Shown: one piece after another, positions 11,639-25,375 of the stretch | Position numbering within the stretch: position 1 is the first letter of the stretch | How the letters are laid out: the number at the start of each line of letters is the position of its first letter | NCBI GenBank assembly: GCA_032718475.1 | Contig: JAUCBJ010007223.1 | Span: 1,885 to 65,884, forward strand | Length of the DNA: 64,000 nucleotides | Reading direction: 5' to 3' | From: Nemertoderma westbladi | Lineage: Eukaryota; Animalia; Xenacoelomorpha | Translations under genes and position numbers: made by a program | Notes under the pieces: model-generated | Database searches by the model: none | The model's input: the letters and a program-made list of their open reading frames with translations, nothing else | What the model was told of the DNA's origin: nothing

Positions 11639-12504
11639 TAGGGTTCGATCGGTGCCAAAATTTTGCCGGTGCCGGTGCCGGTGCCGGTGTCACATTGTAA
11701 ATGCCGGTGCAGGTGCCGGTGCCGGTGTTTTTAAATGTTGGGCAAATTTGGCGTAATTCTATTTGAAAACGAAATAATATAAATTTTTGTGTAATCTATG
11801 TCTATTACATTAGGCCACACGCACACCTAACCCTGTCACCTAATGAAATGCAGAAATGAGGCAGTGATGCAGTAAAGTACCACAGTCACAGATTGACAGA
11901 AGGTACAGTACAGCAGTAGCTCAGTAGCTGGCCGACTATGTACTGATCAATTTCTGAATTAATATTGAAATAGCTTAACCCAGCTGTCCAGCACACGGGT
12001 ACAGCAGCAGAGCAACAATAAGTACGTACAATTCTACAATACTGTAAAATTATGATGTCACGCATTTATATAAAATGGTTTAGATTTACAATAAAATGAA
12101 TATAAAAGTTTAAATAAAACGATTGCATTAAAATTATTTGTGTAGGCCTACAGTTACAGTAGGCCTACAGTATTTATATATTACATAAAATACAGAAATA
12201 ACATAGTGTATCAGTTTTACACTAAGTAAGGCGTTATGATTCTGGGCTACCCTACCACTAGTCAAGTCACTAGACTGCTAGACCAGTAGACAGACAGTCA
12301 AACAGCTATAGCCAGATAGCCTTGCTGCCTTGTAGCTGACTGATAGCTTAGCCAGGCTGTCTGCAGTACCGGTACTGCAGTAGGCTTCAATTTTAACAGC
12401 AGCCAATCATTTTAAAAAACACCGGCACCGGCAATGTTTTTGCCGGTGCAGGTGCCGGTGCCGGTGGTGCCAAACACCGGTGCCGGTGCACCGATCGAAC
12501 CCTA
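11639..12504. mobile_element. hAT-type MITE (866 bp)
   Basis: TIR TAGGGTTCGATCGGTGC / GCACCGATCGAACCCTA; 8-bp TSD TACAGCAG (11631-11638 and 12505-12512); subterminal (GCCGGT)n; absent from the copy A leader. Confidence 0.92.
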
Positions 12505-12674
12505 TACAGCAGTATTATTCGATTTTGATTATTATATACCAGTAGGTCTTAATAATTAATCGGGGACGCCTGGTTTTTATTGGGATTTTACTTAGGCCTA
12601 TTTCTGTCAGTTTTATTTATTTGTAGGCCAGTATTGAACAGAAGGCGTGTAAGCCTGATCAGATTGTACAGACA

Positions 12675-13245
12675 ATTTGTAGGCTGGGCTGTTGTCTGAT
12701 TGTTGTTAAGTCTGAACGGATTGCAGTGTGTGTAGATCATCTGTCCGATAAAGAACGGTTAGGAAGTAGGGGCAGCCAATAGCTGTAAGGTAAACCCCCA
12801 TCTAAAGAATAAGTCGTACTACTGGGTTAGAACGCATACTACCTAACCATTTCGGAGTCTGCATGTCCTGTAGTTTATTTAGGCTTGAGAGTAGTCTGCC
12901 ATCGTCTAGTCTGTACTTTGTTTGTGTAGTCTGTACAGGTAGCGTATAATATTTATTTAGATAATTTGTAGGCTGGATAGTTGTCTGGCTGTTATTGGGT
13001 CTGAAGGGATTGTAGTGTGTGTAGAGTGTCTGTTCGATAAAGTGCGGTTAGGAAGTAGGGGCAGCCAAAGCTGTAAGGTAAATCCCTTCCTAAAGAATAA
13101 GTCGTACTACTAGGTTAGAACGCATACTAACTAACTATTTCGGAATCTGCACATACTGTAATTTATTTAGGCTTGATAGTAGTCTGTCAGTATTTAGTCT
13201 GCATTTTGTTTGAGTGGTTTGTACGCGTAGCGTAATATTTATTAT
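12675..13245 (+). repeat. ~288-bp tandem duplication in the leader of copy B
   Basis: AAGAATAAGTCGTACTAC at ~12805 and ~13093; homologous to 4300-4840. Confidence 0.8.
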
Positions 13246-14576
13246 TCAGAGTTTATGCGATTATTCGCAACATTCATATCCCCAAGTTTGTTCCTACAGT
13301 AATTGTGTTTGTTATATATACCGCTATAGTTAAATTAACCCCGGTACTACACGGGCTGCTTGGCGTAGGTAAAGACTGGTAATTTTGTGCACCGGTCACT
13401 CCAGCAGATGCCGTGGTTCTTTTAGCTGTTCAAGTATTTTTAACTACTGATTATCTGTTGTACAAGTACTCGTACCTAATTTAGGGTTTAGTGTACAGTG
13501 CTTTCCGAAAGTAATTAGTGTAGGCATTATATTTGTGTTGTAAAGTGGTTGATAGGCACGTACGTTAGCTCTATTAACTTCTAGGTAGGAACACTCCGTG
13601 ATACATAACGTAGTACCTATAGCGATACGGCTATAGGTCGTCAGGCGGTGGTATTTTCCTATCTGGACAACGCAGTGTATTTACTACTACTTATTATTTT
13701 CAAATACCGTAGTACCCTGTCCGTTGTAATAACCAGATTTCTAACCCTTTGTTAGGCTGGTTTGTAGACTTCTTGTAAAATTACCCTAAAAATTCGTATT
13801 TGTGTTTTTTTGTAAATTTTTGTGTTTATTTAGAGATTGAAATCTCACCCGAATTGTACGTAATTTGTAGTATTAAGTAACTTAGGTAAATTAGAATTAT
13901 TTGTTTTAGTGTCTAACAAGTAGCACTTCACTGAGAGCGCACAGCTTCTGTGTAGTGACTCCTTCCCAGAAATAATAACATTTATTTCAAATACTGACAA
14001 AACCCATTAAACGGGTATATATATATTATAAATCAAATCTAACGATTTATAAATAGTAGGCCTACCATACAACCATTAGGTCTCAATATCAGTTGGACTA
14101 CTGCTCAAATAACAGTAATAAAGTAAGTAAAGTAACCAAGTAACCCTAAAATTCAGAAATTCAATTATTTAAAATAATTGATATACCGGTATTTACGATA
14201 GGCCTATTATCTTTATTTCTATAAATTTAGGCTGAAATTATACCGGTACTGTAATTAATTCTAGTCCAGAATTATACTTATATATACTACAAAACAAACT
14301 GTAAGCTGTATACCGGTATTCCCGATAGGCCTATTATATATTTATATATATTTGTGCTAAAAATTATACCAGTATTCTGTGATAAACCTAGTCTGTAATA
14401 ATACTTATATAGTTATATATACTATAAGCATACCGGTATTCTAATATATTATATATATATCACGCTACACTGAGTAGCAGTATCGGTAATTAATTACTAG
14501 GCTAGCAGTTAATACTGAATTACTAGACTTGCTTAGACTGTAATATAGCAGTAGGCATTCAACTGTGTAAACAAAC

Positions 14577-16719
14577 ATGTCTGATACTAAACAGAACCTG
14601 TCAGACAGTTTATTAGATGTAACTATCTGCGACTCAGATAGGAGTGTAGAACCGTCTGGACCTAAATTCAGTTCACCTCCTACTGTGAGGAAGGTCATCC
14701 CTCCTGTAGTAATATCAGACCCTAGGCTAATCCAACACCGTAGGTCTATCATAGGCACTCGAGCTCAGGTCAAGCGGGACCAAGAAGCAGCGGAACAACA
14801 ACAACCCGCGAGCCAAGAACTTATTTCTCAACGGCCCGACAGCTCCAGTAGTGAGGATACTGTAGAGCTGACACCCGAGCGCGGGGCAAAGATGACGGAT
14901 GCGGTTTATTCGGATCCCCTTCTCATCCTTCCTGCAGCCGTACTCATTAGGTTATTGATTGCGGTGGAAGAACACCAGATCGATTGGGCGAGAAGTAAGC
15001 GATCGACTAAAGATAGTTATGCGGGATACACAAGGGAAGAACTGAAGTCTATTGTCGAGTCGCAATGGAACTTCCCCGGACCCGGACTCCAGTTTGATTT
15101 ATCAGAAGCTGTCTGGGAAGATATACACAGGATGGGAGTACCCAAGGAAACCATCGATCCAGCTGTGTGGAAGAGGTCCGCAGCCGGATACGTACAGGGA
15201 TTCTTCAGCTCCATGGAGCGAGTAGAAAAACAACTGTTTCAACAACCACAAGGACCTCAAGAGCAGGGACAGCTGCTTTATCAAGTTAGAGAAAGAATTC
15301 TACGAATCAGGCTAATCTTATCGGCCTTTGAGGAGGCTTCTAAAAGAAAACAAGACACGTTGTTGCAAGTTGCCGTAAAGACTTGGTTTCAACGGGTGAG
15401 TCTCCAAGTTCAAAGAGCTGCCCCGTGGAAATCGCAGTTAGATGAGCGCTCAACACTTGGAGAATCCACAGACGCTACCTTTTCCCAAGTGGAAAGTGAA
15501 GCGACAGCAGAGAAGCCGCATAAGAGGGATGCCATTGACATCTATCTGTCAGACTATCAACGTTTTTTAGGAGATGAAGAGTTGAGGAGAAGGTTAGATG
15601 GACTTAGCCCTAATAGTGAAGGAGCCAAGCTTGTGTTGGACGCAATCGATGTGGATAGGATAGCTGCGAACCAAGCTAAATTTGATGAACAACTCCGCAT
15701 CGCTAGAGTCCAAGAAGAACAAGTCAAGAAAAAACGAATAGAAGACAGAAAGATAGCGGCCTTGGCAGCTGCAGTGGCAGAAGCAGAAAGAAAAGCGGCT
15801 TTGGCAGCTGCAGTGGCAGAAGCAGAACGAAAGGCGTCTGAAGAGACTGCCCAACTAGAGTTAGAAAATCTTCAAGAGAGGCAAGATAACTTTAATAAAC
15901 AGTTAACAGCTAGTAATATGCAGATGATGAATCGATCTACTCCCAAAAGACAGGGATATACATCATCTGAGGAAGGCGATACCACCGATGCTGAAGGCGG
16001 GGGAAATAGATCTCATCTAAGCAGACGTAAAAGAACATCCCACCGTCAGAAATTGCCTGATTTGCCTCCAGCTGTTAGAAGGCAACTAAATAACACCAAC
16101 TTAGGTAGTACAGAACCCACAGACCAAATAATTAAAATAGAAAGACTCCCTACTATAGTAGATGAGCCTGAAATAATTAGGCCTGTTCTTGAAATCACCC
16201 CTTCAGTGATAGACACACCTGTGCTCCCTGAAGCTACCTCTAAATTCCCTCTGCACAGCACTAAGCTACCTGTGCCCAGTAGAACAGCCCATGAGACAGT
16301 GCAGGTCCTGGACCCTGAGCGAAATATTCATGATTTGTCGCCCGTTGTCCCTCGTCCGCCCGCTACAACGTTGGCGACTCCCGCTTCGGCGGTCGAATGG
16401 GTGGACGAGAGACGGCGGGGGATGGATCTCCTGCTCGGGCAGATGCAGGAGACTGTTCAGCAATTCAAGGGCACAGTAAGGGAAAGTAGGCTAGAGTTGC
16501 AAGAAGTGCAGCAAAGTATCGCGCTAGAACGCGATAAATTAGTAAATACACAAAGGGGTATACCACCACCCTCGGTAACAATGTGTCAACCTGTTAGGTC
16601 TGAAGTATCTCATGCGCAAGGTATGGAGCCTACACGCATATATACTGCTAGCAAAGTAGAAACTCCTATAGTGAACCCTATTAAGGGTAATTATAGACCT
16701 GTTGATAATGACATTCCCT
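14577..16719 (+). pseudogene. Gag-like polyprotein of copy B, N-terminal part (interrupted by a LINE)
   Basis: Homologous to the copy A ORF up to ...NDIP; the last 17 codons of the 731-aa track ORF come from the LINE. Confidence 0.88.
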
Positions 16720-16825
16720 TCAATTTGAATTTCCCACTATTGACAAGATTTAGGGCCTACACCCAGCACTGACATACAGACATACACGGGTTCATTTATT
16801 ATTAATTGACAATTATTACTGTATT

Positions 16826-19800
16826 ATGGCACTACTCGTGGTAATGGCGGTTCTCGTTATGGTTGGTCGATTGCTGGCGGCAGATGTAATTCCTGTGAGA
16901 AAGGATCCGGTGAGCCTTCAACCAATTCCCGTATTGGATGTCTTCACAGTGTTCCAAATCAACGGAGAATATCGTGGCTGGCGACTACCAACTGTGGCGG
17001 ATCTCTGGACAATGAACGGTGTGAGTCTCTTTGCTCGAAGTAGGAGGAATGCTGGTCCAGTGAGATTTAGTGGGTGGACTTCCCAACTCTGCGCGTTGAT
17101 TCTTGCTGGAGATGTCGAGGTAAATCCAGGGCCTAGCAGGACGATGAAGAAGACCTGTGCGATATGTAAACACGGAGCAAACTCGCGAAGCAAGATCGTT
17201 GAGTGCGAGAAATGTGTAACCTTTTCCCATGCCAAGTGCTACCGTAGGTCTTTAAATAAATATTCCACCCTCAGAAACAGTAACAGCCCAATTTATTTTT
17301 GTAACAGTTGTATTCTATCTGAACTCCCATTTTTTGAAGATTCCTTAGATAACGAACTTGACGAACCTATCGCCTCACCCTTGCAACAACCAAGTGAGGC
17401 CGAGGGTGATACCTTCCAATATTTTAAGAGAAAAGGCTTACATTTTCTACATCTAAACGTGCGATCTTTGCTTCCAAAAATATCGGAACTTAAAATTCTA
17501 TCAGTTAAAACGAACGCCGCAATAATCACAATTTCCGAAACATGGCTGGATGATACTGTTTCTGAGGAGGTGAGGTACACATTAATAACTATGTAATTGT
17601 ACGCAAGGATAGGAATAGGGATGGAGGCGGGGTGTGTATGTACATCAGGAATGACTTAGCTTTTAATCGTAGAGAAGAATTAGAGACTTGCGATGAGATT
17701 TTACTGCTCGAACTTTTACTACCAAAAACTAAACCAATTATTATCGCTAGCGTTTACAGGCCGCCAAAACAAGATAATTTTTTAGAAAATCTAGAAAATA
17801 AAATCTTAGTGAATCTTAGGTCTGACTGTGAATTTTATTTATTAGGAGATTTTAATATTTGTTTTCATCAAAAAGCCTCAGCTATTTGTAGAAAATATCA
17901 AAGTGTTCTGAATTTATTTGGTTTAAAACAATTAATAAGTGAATCAACTAGAATTACAAGTAAAACTTCCACCCTATTAGATCATATTGTTATTAATAAT
18001 AGAGATATGGTATCTCAGTCTGGTGTTTTATCTATAGGTGTAAGTGATCACTTTATTGTTTTTTGTACAAGGAAATCTCAAAAGTATTTTTTTGGGGAAC
18101 ATAATACTGTCAAAATTAGGTCTTTAAAGAACTACAGTAAGCAACAATTTATAAATATTTTAACTAACTCCAACTGGGAACCATGTTTTAAGGCAGCTAA
18201 TATTAACCTTGCTTATGCAATTTTTAAAAATTTATTTTTGAACGCTCTTGATTCTGTAGCACCCATTAAAGAAGTTCACTTAAAACAAAGAACAGAACCG
18301 TGGATGACTGCTAATATTCTTAAGGTTATAAAGGATAGGGATTGCTTATTGTATAGATTTAGAAAATATGGTATTTTAACTGATTATAATAATTACTGTA
18401 GGTTAAGGAACTTAGTACAGCGTGAAATTAAAAAAGCGAAATCCGAATTTTTGTACAACAAAATTGATGAAAATAAGGATAATCCAAAATCACTTTGGAC
18501 GACATTAAAATCTTTAGGGTATAAAAGCACAAATTCAAAATCGAATATAGTCTTGCAGGAAAACGGGGAGCTCATTCATGAGCCTAAGATTATAAGTAAT
18601 TTATTCAATAACTATTTCATTAATGTAGCCTCGAATCTTGTCCAAAAATTGCCAATTGCTAAAAATAAATACAGTCTAAATTCGGAAATACTAAACAAAT
18701 TTTACTCGGAAAAGGTTAAGAATTCTCCAAAGTTATTTTTACAGCCTGTCTCAGAAGCTTATGTATTGAAAAATCTTGTCAGTATTTCGTCATCTAAAAG
18801 TACTGGACTGGACCAGATTCCAGCAAGGTTTCTTAAGGATGGTGCGGAAGTGCTAAAGATTCCTATTACTTACATAATTAACTACTCAATTTTAGAAAAT
18901 GTAGTCCCGGATGATCTTAAATTGGCGAAGGTTGTTCCAATATTTAAAAAGAACAGTAAATTAGAAACCAGTAATTACAGGCCCATTAGTGTGTTAAGTA
19001 TTGTATCCAAAATTCTTGAACGTTCAGTGTACACTCAGCTAGAGTTCCATCTTAACAAACTCAATTTAATATACGAATTTCAATCTGGCTTCCGTAAATC
19101 TTACTCTACAGATAGTTGTCTAATCAATTTGACGGATAATATTAGGTGTAACAACGCGAAGGGATTGTATACCGGTATGGTAATGTTAGATTTACAGAAG
19201 GCCTTTGACACGGTTGATCACGAAATATTACTAGGAAAACTAGATCTTATGGGTGTGGGCTCAATTAATTGGTTCAGGTCATACTTATCAGATAGGGGTC
19301 AAGTTGTAGATATAAATAAAACTCAGTCCTCAGTTCAGAAAATTAAGTGTGGAGTACCGCAGGGTAGCATCTTAGGGCCGTTGCTGTTTGTATGTTACGT
19401 AAATGATATGATTAGTAGCATAGATCCGGACTTTAAACTAATATTATACGCTGATGATAGTGCATTAATCTTTTCTCACAGGGACCCGGACACAATTTGT
19501 GAAAAACTAGGCAAAGTTCTAGAATCCTGCAACGAATGGCTCATCGATAATAAGCTTTCAATTCACTACGGCAAAACTGAAAATATTTTATTCGGCTCGA
19601 AAAGAAAATTAAACAAGTTCCGAAACTTTGAAGTAATTAGCAACGGCCACAAAATTGAAAATAAAAAAGAAGTTAAATATTTAGGCTCCAAATTGGATTG
19701 TAGTTTATCCGGAGAAAGCATTGTTAAAAATATTATTGCAAAAGTTAATGGCAGACTAAAGTTTCTTTATCGACATAAAAATAGCCTAAATTTTAATTCT

Positions 19801-20304
19801 CGTAGGTTGCTTTCTTCATCTTTAATTCAATGTCATATTGACTATGCAAGTTCATCTTGGTATGAAGGCTTAACTAAAAATCTCAAAAATAGGTTACAAA
19901 CAGCTCAAAACAAGGTAGTACGTTTTATTAATGATTATAAACCACGTCACCATTTAACCCCTGAAGATTTTAATCAGTCTGGTTTAATTAAAGTAGACAG
20001 TAGAGTAAAGCAGCTTCGGCTCAACCATGTACATAAAGTTTTCAATGATAACTGCCCTAAATACTTAAATCAAAAATTTACCAAACTGAGTGATACACAT
20101 TCATACGGCACCAGAGCCAGCACATCAAATTTTTATGTTCCCAATTGTATATCCTTTGAAAGCGAAACGTTTTTCTTTAATGGAATAAAGAATGGGAATT
20201 CCTTACCGAATAACATTAAAAATATTAAAAATGAACATGCCTTTAAGTCTGCAGTAAAATCCCATCTCCAAGACCAGTGCAAATTCTTATATAGCAGTAT
20301 TTAG
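16826..20304 (+). pseudogene. LINE ORF: leader, 2A peptide, PHD-like finger, APE endonuclease and reverse transcriptase, with one frameshift near 17570
   Basis: GDVEVNPGP; CAIC...CEKC...HAKC...CNSC; HLNVRSL, ISETWL, then a frame change to RKDRNRDGGGVCMY, YRPP, GDFN, SDH; RT motifs DLQKAFDTVDH, GVPQGSILGP, YADD, YLG. Confidence 0.92.
17108..17134 (+). other. 2A-like ribosomal skipping motif GDVEVNPGP
   Basis: Matches the D(V/I)ExNPGP consensus and is preceded by hydrophobic LCALILA; codons 95-103 of ORF 16826. Confidence 0.85.
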
Positions 20305-20602
20305 TTTAGTTCAATATTAAATAGGTGCATGTGCAATAATTAGTAATAATGTTCAATTTTGTATTTCTTGTATCTTATTTAGTTTAAATTATATAATTAT
20401 TCTATATACAGTAGTTAGTTTAGTTTGTATTGGTAACCAAGTAACTTGAAGGACCCCCTTGGAAATAAGCTGCAAAGCTTTAGGGGTTATCCTTTATGTT
20501 ATGTTGGACAATACTTACTATACATTAATAATTTTACTGAGTTAATGTATTGGTTTCTATTGTTTGCATAATATATAAATAAATCTATCTATCTATAACC
20601 CT

Positions 20603-23115
20603 ATAGACCTGATCATAATCCGAGAAATTTATATACCGATAACTCGATATTAAATAACACGATGGCCCAAGAAAGTTTTACGCGTCAAATGGCTAGAACC
20701 GAAGCCCGGCAAGCGGTAAAGGTGGGAGAGATCGTCAAGTTCAATGGAGATGAGATGAAATGGTTACCTTTTAATGAATATTATAAAGATAACATTCAGA
20801 ACTCTGTACTATCTAATGGAGAGAAACTTAGATTCCTCATCGAGTGCTTGGAAGGATCTCCCAAGTTAATGGCGTTAAAGTTTATTGGACATCCAGACGG
20901 ATTAAGACAAGTTTGGGATATACTAAACATCAGGTATGGTAATAAGACTAACATAGCTAGGTATTTATATGCGAAATTAATGGCGCCCCGAAAGTTTCTT
21001 AGCAGCGGGATTATAGAATTTTCCAATGAGATTCAGGAGATCTGTAGACAGCTAGATTGGTTAGGTAAGTCTCATGAATACCAGAACTCTATGGTTGTAG
21101 GAGCCTTAGCATCTACTTTACCAAAGGGTGGAGTAGGTACACGCTGGGACAAGAAGGTGTTATATATGATGGAACAGCAACAACGAGACCCTACCATGGC
21201 TGATCTCATGTCATTCCTAGATGGAGAAGTGAAATTACAGCTCCTAAAACAGTCTAGAGAGAAGACACCGGAAAACAAGGTAAGTGAGAAACCCGTTTCT
21301 AGGAGAAAGGTAATACCAGTTTGTTATACAGACGACGGCGAAAGCCAGGCTTCTCAAGAGGAAGACAGCGGAAAAGACACTGAAAGATCTTACTATGACA
21401 ATAAAATGCCTAAAGACCAGGTAAGTAAATCCAAGTCTCGACCCAATGACAGAAGAGAACCGGTAAGAAAAACCCCTCCTACGTCTCCCAAGAGAATTCA
21501 TGTAAGAAAGCCCGAGGAAAGAACAAGTGTGCACCACACAGCACAGGTTAAAGTAAGTAACATCAAACCCAAATGTGTGCTGTGCGACGGGCCCCACCGC
21601 TTGAATATGTGCGATGAATTCTTAAAGAAATCATTAAAAGAGAGACGGGAAGTCATGTGGGATAAGCGGTTGTGTTATAATTGCCTCAGACGAGGACACC
21701 AACGGCGAACCTGTTACTCCGACGCAAGGTGTGCAAAGTGCGGCGCAAAACATCATATCTTGTTGCACACGGAATTCGAACGAAACAGCCCGAGTCAGGT
21801 AAGTGAGTCCGAACTACATGTCCAATTCAGTGATGTGAACGACACTGATCAATCTGAGATGGAAGGATTCTATACGGATGAGTTCTCCGACGAAAACGAA
21901 TCCTGTTACCTGACAAATACCGCAGTGTATCGAGCACTCATGTATGAGAAAGACACAGACAGCGACCTCACCCTAACTACTTCAGATCAACAACAATCTT
22001 GGAAAGCGCCAACTTCAAATGTAGGAATCCGAGAATTTCCTGTAGTCCAGTTACGGGTCCACGGACCTCAGAAGAGCTATATAGTGAACGCCCTCCTGGA
22101 CTCCGGTAGCACAGGAACATTCATCGATAAAGAACTAGCCGAAGTCATCTTTGCTGGACAACCCAAGTTCCGAACCAAGCTAAACATGTCAGGGATCATG
22201 CAGGTTTGGAATTCTACTGTAGCTGCCGACTATTATATAGGTGAGTTGTCCACTCCACAGGATAAACTAGGAGAATACAGTATAAGGTCAGTAAAAATGG
22301 TGGCAATAAAGAACTTCGCTACCACCCAAGTGGAACCTTATAATTGGGACGAAGATGATCATGTCCAACAACTTAACATCCCTAGATTCGACACCGATTA
22401 TCCTGGAGTACAAATATTAATCGGTCAAAACGCGCATGAGGCGCTGGAGACATTAGAGAAACGACCTACTCAACCGCAACCACTTCAGACCTATGCGGTA
22501 AGAACTAGAGTAGGTTGGTACCTTACTGGACCTTCCCGTAGAACGCTCAGGGAAAGACTGCTTCAAGATCGCGTCTGCCAGGTGAGTGAATGGGAAGACG
22601 ATACTAGTGAGGGAGACGACCCAACTGAGGGAACACCACACTCCTCAGATAATGACAATCTTAACTCCAATGTAGATCAATGGAGATATTGCCCCAAGAC
22701 GATGAATATAACTGACATCGCTTCCAGAGGAGCAACTCCTCAAGAACTGACAGATACTACAGACCGGTTAGGTGAACCCGACTTCCTGAGTAAGGAGGAT
22801 GAATGGCCTCCCCATCTTACTCCGACTGAGATTAGACCAGCCAAGGGAGCGGAGAAAGTCAAACCTAAAACCCGGACGGGTGGATCGGAGTTATTTGAAC
22901 CCGGGATAGATCTGTCGGTATTACATATTGCCAGGGACGACGCCGTGGATCTGGACCTCCCCACCGCGAGTGGATCCTTCATGAAGATCAGAGAGAGCGA
23001 TTGGAGCTCTGGAACATCAGACGTCTCGCAGGGACTCTTACCTCTCCTGCAGGGAGCGACGGACCACTATAGCTCCTGGAATCGGCTTTGTAAGGCCGTC
23101 GTGTACTTAGAGTGA
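20603..23115 (+). pseudogene. Gag core, Zn knuckles, aspartic protease and RNase H C-terminal remnant of copy B (RT deleted)
   Basis: CVLCDGPHRLNMC, CYNCLRRGHQRRTC, CAKCGAKHHILLH; ALLDSGST; ILIG; then directly QWRYCPKTMNITDIASRG and YSSWNRL, which are BEL/Pao post-RT motifs. No YxDD and no integrase. Confidence 0.88.
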
Positions 23116-24988
23116 TGTTTTTATCGTCACTATTCCAGGACGAAGAGGAATCCTGGAATTGTATTCGGGATGCAGCGACTCAATCACCCAGTCGGTCGTT
23201 TGTGTTTACCGGAAGGGAATGGAGGACTCTCCGGAAACTGTGGAAGGCAAGATTCTCTTCCCACGACCACCTCCCTAATCCTTCAAACATCTAGGGACTC
23301 CATAATGTAACAACATATGGAGTGGGTGTGTGACTATATTATTTTATATTTATTTTTATTATTTTATATTATGTATGTATTATTATGTAATTTTATTATA
23401 ATCGTTTTCTTTAATTTCATTTAGTAGAATGTTATTTTAGCGATTATTTATTAGATTAGTGCAATATATATTCGCGTTTATTACTTAATTACGTATATAT
23501 TATATTTAGTGCGACGGCGAGAAATAATTCTTTTCCTCCTTCCTTACTGTCCGTATTACATTACAAATACGTAACTACAGTAAGATGACATATCCGTACT
23601 TATTAAAGTACAATAAAGCCACTACTATATTCAAGTATTATTGGTAGGCAGAGTATTAGGAATGCAAAGTTCAGATCCTCGTGTCTCGGCTAAACCAAGC
23701 TCTGGGTAGACCTTGGAAACGACTTGCCTCTTCACACTGACATTGCTTCGTGCGATATTGCTCTCATACCATATATTAAATAATACATATAGTAGCGTGA
23801 TGTCCCTCTAACAGTAGCGTAAAACACACATAAATCTGTTAAACCTTTTGACCATCTGTAATTCTAGTCGATTAAGATATCGCGGCACCCACCGATATAC
23901 TTGAAAGACAAAATTCTAGAATCAGTGGTTAACGTCCCCAGACAAGTTCTGGAATAAATCGGTGCCCATCTCAAATATTAATTATTTAATATTTGCAAAT
24001 CTAATAAATCAAAATCTGTAAAATTCAGATCCTTCAACAATTCTAGTCAATTAAGATATCGTAGCATTTACCGATATTCTTAAAAAGACAATTTTCATAG
24101 AATTAAGGATCTTGTGTCCCCAGACATGTTCTAGAATCAAAATATGTCAATTTAATTATCAAATAATAAAATTTCAGGGAATAAATTTAAATTCATGTCT
24201 TTTAATGAATTTAATAAATTGCCATTTTTACGCAATTTATAACATTCCCAAAATTCCATTAATTAATAGATCAAGGGAGCGGAGATTTATCTTATTATGC
24301 GTATGAGTGTGCGAAAGTCTCCCAAACATAGTCAATAGCCGATAAAATTCATAAAGCCATGTATAAAACAGGACATTGACCATTAAAGAATTACTATTAA
24401 ATAACATCCCAGATCTGTATGCATTGGAATTACCCTAATTCTACCGCTAGCTTTGCATAATGTCACCATAGCAACAACCACGCTAGAATTAGAATTGAAT
24501 TAAAAGAACAATAGACAGCTTGTCCCATTGAATAGCATAGGAAATAAATAGCGCACTGCTAGTATCCAAGGATACATGATAATAACGTGACATTCTGGAA
24601 GGCACTGACTAACGGACAAGTGACCCGAGTGTGTGTAATTTGTGACAAATTGTGTGTGTGGTATTTGTGAGTTTATAGGCGAATGTTACTACTAAGGTGT
24701 GTTTACAGTAGCGAGTCGCAATTGTGAAAGTAACCCTAACTCTCCAGTAAGAACCTGAGGTGTATCTAAGCCTTTGGGACGGACAGTCGAGTGACTTGTG
24801 CCGGTTGTCGTTGTCGTTGTGCGGCTACGTCGTTGGCGAAAGTACAGCGGCGACGACACATCGGCGCTGAGGATCTCGCACTGTCCGGGGGCTGATTGGG
24901 GTAGGCAGCGACGCTCGCTAGCCTAAATATAAACTCATTATAATATTAATAAACTCATATATAGCAGATATGACGGAGTTGATAGAAG

Positions 24989-25375
24989 ATGGTCTTGGTA
25001 TCAGGGAGCGATATACTCTACTTTCAAGCGTTTGTTGATAGCTTGATACGCGGTGATACTAGCCCAACTACTACGGAGGATGATGGTCGTTATATCGAAC
25101 CTACGATTTCCTGGAAGCAACTTACGCGTGAATTGGACTATGGAAAATTCACCGCTCGCTACACGCATTGTAATGGTATGTATATGGACTTCTTAACCAT
25201 TGGCCATTCTATCGATTTACACGATACGGACTATGTCGAACATATCCTACCCAGAGGAGTCGAAACGATAAACCAAAATTCTAATGCGAAAATCCTATTC
25301 GAAATCGACTCGAAAGAAAAGACATTAAAGAAACAAATAAACGCGGTAACTCCAACATATATTTGGAATTCTTGA
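24989..25375 (+). CDS. Hypothetical accessory ORF in the 3' internal region of the LTR element
   Basis: 128-aa ORF followed by an overlapping ~100-codon open frame; no recognised motif. Confidence 0.3.
   Translation: MVLVSGSDILYFQAFVDSLIRGDTSPTTTEDDGRYIEPTISWKQLTRELDYGKFTARYTHCNGMYMDFLTIGHSIDLHDTDYVEHILPRGVETINQNSNAKILFEIDSKEKTLKKQINAVTPTYIWNS

Larger units (their letters stand above)
16720..20598 (+). mobile_element. CR1/L2-group APE-type LINE inserted into the Gag ORF
   Basis: CCCT duplicated at 16716-16719 and 20599-20602; AATAAA then a short (TCTA)n tail at the 3' end. Removing the insert restores the NDIPYRPD sequence of copy A in frame. Confidence 0.92.

Noticed and set aside
12675-13245. 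Self-cleaving ribozyme in the leader repeats
   Set aside because: No hammerhead core or convincing HDV/twister pattern seen by eye; a covariance-model search would be needed.
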